From Anthoceros angustus (lineage: Eukaryota > Plantae > Anthocerotophyta): DNA of 64,000 bases. A program made the translations under genes and the position numbers. The stretch is taken from contig VJWM01000173.1 of assembly GCA_010909165.1 (NCBI GenBank), forward strand, positions 434,001-498,000, read 5' to 3'. The notes under the pieces are model-generated. The model saw only the letters and a program-made list of their open reading frames with translations. It did no database searches and had not been told where the DNA came from. How positions within the stretch are numbered: the stretch's first letter is position 1; the number at the start of each line of letters is the position of its first letter. Shown piece after piece: positions 1 through 10,610 of this stretch.

Positions 1-3000
1 TATTTTCGTTCAGCGTGGGTGGTATCGTCCGGTAGTATACGGGATAATCCGCGCTTGTCGTCGCCGGCTCGGCACTACTACTCGATAGCAAAGCGGACAC
101 ATCTACATACACATGAAATTTCTGCTCGATCCGGTCCTCTTAGAACCGGTGCGCTTACCAAGGTGTTACGTAAATCCGAAGGCCTCCTCTCGCTCACGAC
201 CGGTCCAAACCTCCTCCTTCGGATTACATCAACTTAGCGCCCTCTTGCAAAGTCCTTAATAAACCGGTAGTATCCCACCATTCGAAACCTCTCGGCTCCT
301 TTAGGTTCGTCGGGTGGAGGCGGATGACCGGACCTTGTCTGGTCCACCTCGATTCAGCCGACACCGATGTCGACAAGATTCCCTCCGTCATTCCAAAGTA
401 GCATTTCTCGGTGTAGGCTCAATTGAGTCTCCGGCGCTCAAGCACCTTCTTAGATGCCCAAGGTGTTTGTCCCTCCCCATGCACACAAAATCATCCGGAA
501 TATCTCCATGAAGTCCCTCGAGTCACGGAAGGCGTTGGTCACCATACATGAGCGACCACAGGCGCTCGGTCATCCCAAAGGCACTTCTCTTGTAGGCAAG
601 CGTACCCCACTCCGTAGTGAAGGTCGTCTTGTCGGTCAAACTCCCTTAGGTGCAATTGGTTTGTATCCGGAGTAGCCATCCGAGGAAGGAGTAAGTAGTC
701 CGTCCAACCTTGTCCAAAATGTCGTCTGAATGGCATCGGAAGTGGTCCTTCTCCGTTCTTGCGTTGAGCTTCCTCAATCTTGGCATACCGAATTTGTCTG
801 GTTTCTTGGGAACCACCACAATCGCGACCCACTCATGTGATGGGGAAAATGATGTCTGCCTCCGGTACTTATCAAGGACCTCCTTCACCTTGATCGAATA
901 CTTGGGGTTGAGCTTGTATTGTCGGATTGATGGCACGCTCCGGCTTCGTCGATCTTATGCTCTCCCACTTCTTGAATGCCCTTCATGTCCTTGAAAGGCG
1001 AACACCTCATAAAACTCCCCAGCTTTAGTCCTTCCTTGGTCCGGAGGCATGCCTTTCTTAAACTTGAGAATTTTGGCGGACCTCCACTTCTTCCACGTCG
1101 TCCGGGTTCACCGTCTCCGTTCCGTCTTGCCTCATTGCGTCAAACCCCTCGTCCTCCTCTGGGATCGTCCTCGCATCCCCATTCTGAAGAGCTCGTCGGA
1201 GGTGTACTCCTTGATGTCGCTTTTCCTTGGTCCGACTCTTGTTGTCTCCCTTGTCTTTGGTCCGACCTCCTCTTCACTTCCTTCCTCCGGCCCGTTGTGG
1301 CGTTTACTCCAAAACAATCAATCACTTCGCACCAAAGGCATCCGCGGTAGTCCATCTCCTCCTCGGACCGGCGGATCTTGGCGAAAGTCGCCTCCTCGGA
1401 ACTATCTTGTTCGTCGCCGGTGGAGTCCTGAGGTATACCCGCCAGTAGTGCTCACGGTTTCCCACAATAGGTGTCCTTGCTCCGGTGATAGCAACCCTCC
1501 CTTCCTTAGGGTCCCGGTCCACCGGCTTGAAGTGAATCTCCTTCCTTCCAAAGTGTAGCTTCGTCAGGCCAACCCCACCATGGCCGCCCAACACCTCATA
1601 CCCTAATGGTCCGGCGGTTTGATCACAACAAAATCCGGTTTGTAGGGTGCGGCTATGGTGGCCAAGACTCGGTTAACTCCCCGGATCTCTTCTTGACATA
1701 CGCCATTCTCGAGTCTTCGTTGAGGTTGAAGGATGTGAAGCCCAATTTTTCGTCGTGGTGATGAGGTTGACTCGGACCCGTGTCCAACGGTACATCCTTG
1801 ATGATACATCCAATCTCCACTTGTACCATGGCCCACAGGTCGTATGGGACACCACCCTCACTTCCATGCTACCCTTCACGGCTTTGGTGCTCCGGTGGGT
1901 TTCCCTAACCGACGGACCTCTTGCGGTATTTGGGTTATCCTCTCGGCCGAAAGGACACAAGTGCTGCGATTCATCATCGGTCGCCACATTAAAGGCGAGG
2001 CTTCTACCCCAATCGAGGATCCTGCTGCTGCGTCCTCATCCTCTCCCCTTCGCCGTACGGTATTCTCCGGATGCTTGCGCATTTCCTCCTGCAACATCTC
2101 GGTCACCTCCCGGACTACGTCCTGGCCTCGTCGGAGGCACCTCCCTTCTCCCTGTCACATCTGGAGAACTTCCTTGGGTAATCCCTCCGGCCTGCCGTCC
2201 AGCCCTCCTTCGGTCGGATCCTCTGCTGGTATTTGTTTGATTGCCTTCCTCGTCGTGGCGCTTCCTCGATCTTGTTCTTCTTCAATGGCGCCTTTCTCGT
2301 CGCTCCTTCCTTGACTCAGTAGACACCTCAAGATTTCCTCCCAACTCCCTTCCTTTCGACACCCCATTACCTTCTTGTTCTTTTCCATCTCGCGTACCTG
2401 GGAATCTCTTCCCACTCCGCCATGAGCATCTTGACTTGCCGTGCAGTGGTCTTAGGAGGTGGCGTTGGTGGTCGGTTCTCCGCTTGGTGTGGCATCGTAC
2501 CGTCCTTGCGGGGTTGGGACATAGCGTCTTGCACATATGCCGGCCCTTGCGATCGCCACCTGGCTCGAAGTCCCCATTACCACCTCGTTGAGTGCGGACG
2601 CGTTGGATGGCGGATTCGCGGTTCCAGACCACGGTGTCTGAGAGATACGAAGGGCTCCCATGCGGTCTTTGCATCGGTGGGGCTCGTTGTATTCGGACCT
2701 CCGGTTGGCGGATACATGGTTTTGGGATATCGCGGCCCGGAGGGGCTTCACATACGATAGGCCTCTTCCCATTGCTCCTCGGCCTCCTCCTCGTGGTAGT
2801 CCACTTGATGCACCTTGAGGCGGTTGGATTCGAATGGCCGTGTTCACCGGCACACGTTCGCCGTGGTCGGTGTTTTCCGCGCTCGGTCCTTAACACAGTT
2901 GGTCCTCTACTCTCTTTATCACTTTTCCGGGTCCTCCCGCGGACACTGCTACCTCCTTTGAGGGAGTCGGGTCCGTGGAGCTTCTCGGACGGTCTGGTGT

Positions 3001-3948
3001 CACCACCTCCTTCTTACCTTTTTAGGCGGGGCTTCTTGCTCTTCTTCTTGCGGGGATACTCTTCCTCGCTAGAGACCTCCGTCTCTTCTTGGACTGCTCC
3101 TCCTCAGAAGACACCTCAGGTCTTCCTCCTCCTCGAAGACTCTTCCTCCTCGAGTCCCGAACCCCGTTTCTTCTTCTTCTTCTTGCCTCCTTGGCGGTTC
3201 TTTATCCTCGATGTAGCGATTCCTCGTAGTTTTCGGCCTCGACCGCCTTGCCCCGTCCTTCTCGGCCGGCGGGGCGTGCACAGCCATGGGTTTGGCTAGA
3301 CCGGCCGCGAACCACCGTGCTTGCATCGTGGTATGGGTTGGATGCCGATCCCTCGGGCATAGAACCGCTCGATGTCTGAGCCCGGCTTCTCCTTCTTCCT
3401 CGCTTGATTTTCCAACTTTGATAATACATACCCCTCACGGTCGATCCCTCGAAACCGTTCTAGAAGGCATTTTCAAAGCTTCAAGCGAGGGTGGGGCATT
3501 CTCCGGTGGTCGGTACTTTCTCCGATACCATTGAGCTGTCCCTGAGAACCCCTTGGAAAAGCTGGATGGCTGCGTCGACTCCCTCTCCGTTGAAGTTGGC
3601 TTTGGACACAGTCCTCCACAAAGGTCTCGCATCCGCTCCTTCTTCCCTCCGAATATAGATGCGCTTGTTTGGTCGGTAGGGGCCATGGCTGCGCCATCGA
3701 TGGGTTAGGCGTGGGCATCCTACCTTCTTCCGTTGGCGTCCCTGTACCCGTACTCGTCTTGGTCGACAATTCGACCACGTTCTCCCTCCTCGATCGGTGC
3801 TCTCTCGTTGGGTTTGGCGTCTCTCCCTCTCCACGGCTCGGAGAGCACGCGAGGTGACGTCCGATCCTCCCGGGTTCACTCTTGGCCGTCGCTCGACACG
3901 CATTCTTACCTTCTCTTCCTAAGGGCGCACTGCGGCGGACCGATTTCA

Positions 3949-3966
3949 TTCCCGGCAGCGGCGCCA
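3949..3966 (-). promoter_or_regulatory. Primer-binding site of the gypsy element (TGGCGCCGCTGCCGGGAA, Athila-type)
   Basis: Reverse complement of ttcccggcagcggcgcca, 3 nt from an LTR end reading ...GCCACA; close to the Athila-type PBS TGGCGCCGTTGCCGGGGA. Confidence 0.85.
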
Positions 3967-3969
3967 AAA

Positions 3970-4672
3970 TGTGGCGGACTTTCTTATGGCCGGTAGCGCA
4001 CAATCCGTGTCGTTGTAGGAAGAAGTCCGTTCCCAAAGGGAATGATAGGCCCGTTTACGCGTTTGGTGATTCTTACCGTCCTTAGCGCTCGTTCGGTCTC
4101 CACACACATACTCCTAACTACTCAGCGTTCACCGTCTGAGCCGGTATGGCCAAGCGTTTGAGGACCCGTTCGCGTCGTCCGTATCGTTCACATACATCCT
4201 CACGCATCGTCCTTTCCTCTCTCTCTCACGCTACACTCTTGATCTTAGAAAAGGCCGGTTTCTGTGATCCGGACCTCCTCGTCGTTCGCGGGCCTCTCCG
4301 TCCGGGCTCTACACCACCCTCGGAGTTCCTCCGGCTCACGCGTTCGGTCCGTTGTGTCGGACGCGGCTCGGACGAGCACGGATCACGGTCACCCTTCTGC
4401 ACACACCACAGCGCGTTAAGTCGTCACGGGACCTTGATCAATCTCCCGGGCGCCGTGCACCTTTCGGTGACTCGGGACTCACGTTAGCAAGAAGACTCAC
4501 AAAGGTGCAAAGCGGCATCAACACCAAGAAAGATGCTTTACTAGGCGACCTCGGCCCCTCTTATCTGCGCCCAAGGTGGCGTCTTTATTACACCCCTATT
4601 ACGGATAGCCTCGGTATACCCTAATCGGCCTACCACCTATCCCCCTATCTCCTTGTGTGTGGGAAGGTCACA
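3970..4672 (-). repeat. LTR of the gypsy element (~700 bp, TGTGAC...GCCACA)
   Basis: Abuts the PBS; imperfect terminal inverted repeats TGTGAC/GCCACA; AATAAA on the minus strand near 4585-4590. The second LTR is outside the window, so the 4672 end is inferred. Confidence 0.6.
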
Positions 4673-7600
4673 GGCCCGCCTCGGAATGGGTGGTCAATCC
4701 CCGTCACGGCGGTTGTGGTGCACCCAATCGGATGATCCGTGAGGCCCCTCCTCTCTCCGGAATCACATCGGGTTGGGCTCTGGCGGTCGACCGCCGTTAC
4801 CACGGCGTCATCCTCCTGGCCTCCACAGGTCCTTCGCCCGGTGGGGCCACCTATCGGCTCCCCTAAGCGTAAGTCGAAGGGGCTCCTCCTTCTTGCCGCC
4901 GGTCCTCGAGGTCTGTCTCGACTCACGAACTTGAGTCCGGCTTATTCTGAGTCCGGCCGGCTGGGTCCGACCTTGTCTGCAGGGGTCCGGACCTCGGTCG
5001 GGGTCGGACTTGGTCGGACTTGTCGGACTTGGTCCGGACTTATTCTGAGTCCGGACTTGGTCAGCCTCCTCTGGTCCGGACAAAGTCCGGACTCACGCCC
5101 ACCGGGTTTCCTCCCTCACGGGACTCCTCAGTGGCTCTCCTCGAAGTCCTCAGCTGTTCCCGATCGCCCGGTGACTCGCCGTTGGCCCTCCTTCCATGGT
5201 GAGGTGCGGGGTGCTTACCTCGATCGCATCCGCGCTCCTCGTTCTGCTCCTCGGTTGCTCCTCTCCCGCTCCGTCATCTCAAGCAGGCCACTAGGGTCCC
5301 TGTCTTTGTCCGTGGCCTTCATCTCCTTGAGCCTTCCAGGGGTCCGTCTCTGCGGCGTCGAGGCTTCTCGCCTTGAGCTCGGGCGTAATAGGCAAAGTCA
5401 CAGATCGACTTGTTGAATTGCCTCTTCCACGTGTGCGGGCACCGATACTCCCTCCGCCATAAGTGTTAGGGATTTGCTGCTTGTTGGGCCACCTCTCACC
5501 CGGTTGTGGTGGGCAGGCGTATCATGAGGCTACAAGGGCCTCGGTCACCTCCTGCATGCTGTTGCTCACTGCTCGGCTCCGTCGTTTCCCTTTCCATTGC
5601 CGGCTTACCGCCATAGCGCGGCGTTCCCTTCCGCCTTTCTCGGTGGACCAGCGGCTTCTTTTACCTTCCGGTGCTCGCGCTCCGTTCATTCGGCCTTTAG
5701 CTCGCGGCTCCTCTCCAGTGATCGGATACCTCCGTCCAGGCTCGGACTTCCTCCGGCTCCTTACAGCACAGCAGCGTCCAACTCCTTGGATAGTCGCGAT
5801 TTTCCTCCGTCTTGAGACGGGCCGGGCACTGTTTCGTGCTCGAGTCGTGGATTCTCTCGTTGAGAATCACTTGCTCAAGCGCATCTTGGGTTGTAGCTCC
5901 AGTGTGTCCTTCATCCTCCATCTGCGCCTCCCTTCTACCTCCTGCGGTACTCGGAGATCCTCTATCTCCCAGTCGGCCTTGCACGCTCCATAGCGCTTTG
6001 TCGGCCTTGAGTTAGCCTCGGTACTGTGACTCTCTCCACCGGTTCGATCACGTGCATGGTGATCCGGTCGCTCTTCACCGGCTTGACTCGCCCGCCTTTA
6101 CGGGCCTCGCCCATTTGGCTCTGGCCGGGCCGCCTCCAGTCCGAGCTCTCTGCGTGTGCGGGCCTCTTCCGCCTCCTGCGCTTCCCCTCTTCTGCAAGGT
6201 CCTCCGCTTGGGCCTCGAGCTTGCTTGCCGTGAAGAACCTTGATCTGCTGAACGCCCGGGCCTCGCGCTCACCCGGCGTTTCCCTTCCTCGATCCGAGGG
6301 ACTCCGCCTTTCCTTTGCCCCTCGGCCGCCTTCACTTGCTCTTGGGTTCCACCATCCTCCTCGGGTGGCCTCCACTTCCAGGTCTTCTCTTGTACCACAG
6401 AGACCCCAAAGCATTCCGTCCATGGCGGTGGCAGACTTCGCCGTGTTTCTTCCACGGCCAGTGAGGCCCCACAAAGTCCGTAGTGGGGCCGGCATTTCTC
6501 GATCGCCAAGGACCTCCATACCTTGATCGGGAGTAAGTCGGTGGGTTCTCGGACCTAATCGGGACCCTCGGGTCACAGTGGTGAGTCGAGTCTCACCCTC
6601 TTGGCCCTCTTGGCCTCTAACTCCTTTGTGCCCTCTTTCTCACAGGGCTCGGAGGAGGTGAGGTCGGGAGCAAGCTCTTTTGCCCCTTCACAGCCGGGGC
6701 AGGGCCTCGGGTGGGGCTGCGTGACCTCCTGCTCCTTGGGCCACGTCCCTTTCGCCCTCCTTCGCCTCTTGACCTCTTGCCACTCAGGTAGGCGGGGTAA
6801 GTCTGGCACCTTGAGGTCTTTGCGTTGGTAAGCGGCGTCTTCCGCCTCTTGGCTCCGTTGAGTTCGTCGGGGCTCGGCGGTAGTCGTGGTTGTTGGCTGT
6901 TACGTGGTGCGCACGCCCTCGGCATCGGCTCCCTCTGTCTGCTCGGAGGGCACCAAAAGGAGGGAAGAATCGCCTCCCAAACTTCACACGGTGGTGAGGG
7001 GTTCGCTCAGGGCGTGAGTCAGGAATCCTCGATCGTCCTCCTCCGAGTCGCTTGGTCTTGAAGGGCGACCCCCACCTCAGGCGCCGCTCTGCCACAGCGG
7101 GGCCTCCGGCCCTTCCGGGCGCCGCTCAAGCTCTCCCTCCTTGAGGAGCTCTGTCCCCATACATGAATCGGTATGGGGTCGGCCGATGGCGAGGCTTCTC
7201 GCTCCTTAGCTTGCGTGCCTCGAACCAGGCGAAGATAATCCTTCCCCGTCCGCTCTCTTCCCATTGGCGCATGCGAGAATACCAGGTTATCACCAAGGTG
7301 ATCCACCTTGGTGGCGAGTTCAATGGACAATGATCCGGGCTACCGCCCTTACTCGGATCCGGCGGATCGGATATCAACCATCCGTTGGTTGTCGCTGCGT
7401 TCGAGCCTCGGCGCCGTGGGGCCCTATCTTCCCTTCGCCTTAAGGGCTCGGCACCACCTTCTTCCTCCTTGGGCGGTTGTAGGCCATCCTCGGGACCTCA
7501 AGGTCCATCGCCTCGAGTCCTCCGGAGGTTCTTGGATCGGACCTCCTTGTTGATCGCCGGCATCTTGGGCAAACTCCGGACTAGAGTGCGTTGTCAAAGG

Positions 7601-8340
7601 TCCGGACCATTTGGAACACGTCCGGATGCCACTCCCCCAATTCCCTGCTTCCTTCCGGGGCCCGGATAGGATCCGGGTCACAATGTTGCGCTCCACGAGG
7701 TCCATGGCTCCCAGACTTCTCGGCTTTTGGGTGCCATTGCTTTCTCCTCCTCTTGTTCTTGTAGGCTGTGGCGAGTCCGGCGCACGATGTTCCTCCTTCG
7801 CGCGTTCGTTGCTCCAACCTTGGCGTGCGCCACGCTCTGGCGCCCAAAAGATAGCGCCGAGCCGGATTGCGGGCGCAAGGCTGAGGATTATGCGGAGGCG
7901 CAATGACCTCCCTCCTTGGCGCTTGTGGAAGTAACTGGCGGGCGCCTCTTCGTTGTCCGTAGCGCGAGTGCGCATGGCTACTCGACCCTACGCCGCCTCG
8001 GCCTTACGCGCCCGGCCGGGCGTGAATACTGCCTGCGGCCTGCAGCAGGTTACTGGCCTCTGCATGCCCGACCTCCACTCGGGGCCGTCACGTGGCGCGC
8101 CGCCTGCTCACGCCTCGCTCCTGGGTTACTTTCCTGGCGTACTTATCCTATTTTGACACAGGTGGGTTCGGACTTATCCGTTACTCGGCGTAGTCGGAGC
8201 TTGCCATAGTGGTAGGGGTCCGTTGTTCACTCAGTCCGGAGTATACTCGAGCCTCGTCCGGCGCTACCCCAATTTATTCCTCCTTTCCGCCTTATTTATC
8301 CTTCAATCCTAAAAAAGCGAAACCCTACTTATTTCCTAAC
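4673..8340 (-). mobile_element. GC-rich retroelement-like segment with a decayed extra ORF (about 7980 to 5400), probably the 3' internal region of a second gypsy copy
   Basis: Same composition as the gypsy element; frameshifted coding-like text with a coiled-coil/basic stretch (KLEAQAEDLAEEGKRRRRKR); purine-rich GAGGCGGG just before the LTR start; no RT or integrase motif. Confidence 0.45.
4928..5095. repeat. Degenerate 9-11 bp tandem array (gtc[c]ggactt)
   Basis: ggtcggactt / gtccggactt repeated more than 10 times. Confidence 0.85.
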
Positions 8341-8472
8341 TCCCAGTGCATAGCCCATGAACACTATCCTCGGTCCTCCCATATTTGGGCGATAAGTTCA
8401 TGAAGAATGCTGACAGAGGCATTAGGCATGGGGCATACAAGCTCTGAGTTTGACAGGAGTTGCACCGAGTCC

Positions 8473-8658
8473 GATTAGCATCGGAGACCGCGTTGGTTAA
8501 AGTTAGCATAAATAAACCCAGCGTGGATGCACCGCTGGTATCTAGTACAAGAGGTACAACTCTTGAGACGGAGCTATAAAAGCCACCTCTTGTAATCAAT
8601 TGTATCAATTAGTAAAGCACTATCTTTGATCAAGCGCTTCCATAAAGCACCTCAAACT
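8473..8658 (+). repeat. 5' LTR of copia A1 (186 bp)
   Basis: Direct repeat of 14741-14925 and 50610-50797; TATA box ctataaaag; ends ...cctcaaact directly before the PBS. Confidence 0.9.
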
Positions 8659-8670
8659 TGGTATCGAGCA
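8659..8670 (+). promoter_or_regulatory. PBS complementary to initiator tRNA-Met (tggtatc[a]gagca)
   Basis: One base short of the canonical TGGTATCAGAGC; the copy at 50798-50810 is exact. Confidence 0.9.
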
Positions 8671-10610
8671 TAGTTTGATTACTAAGTCCACCATGCATTA
8701 TGATGTGAATCTAGATGTTCTTCTAATATGCAACGTCTTTCCAATGCTTTTGGTATTTGTAATTTGAAGCTATTTTATACTTATTCATAGTTTCTTTATT
8801 CAACCAAACATATTTTACTAATAAAATAGTTTGGCTTCTTCTATGATTAACCTTTATATTCATTAAAGTTTCATGGCTCATTGCCACTCTCTCATTCTTC
8901 ATCTTATTCTTTCTAGCATTCTACTCATTCTTCCTTGCTACAAGACATTGTTCCTTATTGTTTTACATAAAGTTACAACATGGCAAGAAGAACAATCACA
9001 AGAGTATTCATGCTAAGAGAACTAGAAATTAGAGAGGAAAGTAGAAGAGTGCATCTCGTCGATCTACAAACATAGTCGATTTAATTCTTCTCTTTTCAAT
9101 AACTAGGGAGCAAGATAGCCTACATGCTATCCTTCTTCCTAGAAAACAATTTGGTGTCATCATCAGCGAGCTTTTAGCAATCAAAAATCAGCAAGGCCTT
9201 GGTCCACTGATGATCGATCTCGATCTTGTGGAGATATCTCGGTGATGAGAATCTCCTCCTCCTATCATTCACACAACAAAGACCAACTCACCATTTTATT
9301 CTCCAACCACACCGATGAGTAATTCTTCTCACATCATTCTAATCGATCATCGGCATCATTCCACGGTTTACGCTGAAACTCTATTATGCGATGAATGCCG
9401 CAACACCCTCGGAAACACTCAACAAGTTACTCACAAAGTACTTCATAATGCAAATTCAACTAATCGATTGTACATGTGGTTATGGCGTCACGTATGGGCA
9501 GCAATGTTTTCAAAACAAGCTCCCAACCCGACTCACTCGGCCATCACCACAACCAAATGACAACCTATCAACAAGTTCGCGAGATTTACGCTGTGCAGAT
9601 TTTCTCTCGATTAGAAGAAATCGGCATGATTTATCTCGGAGATCTCACCAGCTACTGCCTAGTGCAATCTACGCCCCTCTTCAATCCATGATATCGAGTT
9701 TGAATTCAAAAGAAATCATTTGCAGATCCTAAATGATTCGCCGCAAACTTGAATCTCCTCAATCTGCAATCTCCATATGGTGCTCCCACACGGCGACGGC
9801 CATCCACAGCGGTTCCAATCAAATCGGCCTCGTGGCGGTGCTCATTTTCGAGCCAATTCGATTCACGCTTATTCGCAACGCCATCTTTAGTCGATGCCTC
9901 CTCGGCGCCCCCTTCCAGCGCCGAATGGAGAAGAGGCCCCGATCGATGGAGGTCGATCGGGGCCCCGGGCGGTTGCGCCAGCGCCCGCTCCGCACCGTTC
10001 GCGAGCTGCCCTACCTAGCCGTTTCGAATGGTGCCCTAAAATTAATAATTGGCACCCGTTGCGAAACGGTGTCCATGAACGGCGTTTGAGCGAAGCGTTT
10101 GAAACGTTCGCCTTCAAACGGATTGGCTCTTGGGGCTGTTGGTGGGGCCCACTCTTCTTGGATCTCCTAGCATACTGTTCAACCTCGCAACTATTAGCTC
10201 GCCCCTTATAGCCTCTATCGGTTGAGTTTTCTATTCCGGCTTCCAATCAAACAAGAGCCCTTGTCGCCCCTTCCATCGGCGACATTGCTTCGGCATTATT
10301 TTTATGAGAAGCGGTGCTACTGCTCAAGAGCTATTCCATTTAGTGTCATCACCTTTGGGATCATCTTCATCGGCTCTACGAGTGTTGCGATCGGCTGCCC
10401 AGATTCGGCAACTTGCTCGTCTATGCTCCTAGTGATCGCGGCATCGTTCCGGGCTTTGATTTCATAATCATCATTGGCCTTGGATCTTTAGCAACATTTA
10501 ATTTGCTCATAGTCAAGCGTTGCTATATATATTTGAAGACTTCTTAGCTTCTTGTCATAACTTGGAGTTGGCGTTCTTCTATATATATATATCTATCTAC
10601 TTCTATCACG

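Larger units (their letters stand above)
1..4672 (-). mobile_element. Ty3/gypsy LTR retrotransposon (non-chromovirus, Athila/Tat-like), 5' part: LTR, PBS, gag, protease, RT, start of RNase H; runs off the left edge
   Basis: RT N-terminus in ORF 646..936 (YKLNPKY...IVVVPKK...RKLNARTEKDHF...ILDKV). RNase H FHVYVDVSAFAI near 80-120. Protease DVPLDTG near 1775-1800. Gag-like fragments 2500-3700. Order gag-PR-RT-RH. Many frameshifts. Confidence 0.9.

Noticed and set aside
1000-8200. Many plus-strand ORFs of 100-235 aa
   Set aside because: Shadow ORFs of GC-rich minus-strand retroelement sequence with no recognisable motifs. The same applies to the plus-strand ORFs over the PPR gene and within 47000-50500.
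8335-8341. cctaact as another AGTTAG-type LTR end
   Set aside because: The adjacent sequence shows no similarity to the family A LTR; probably chance.
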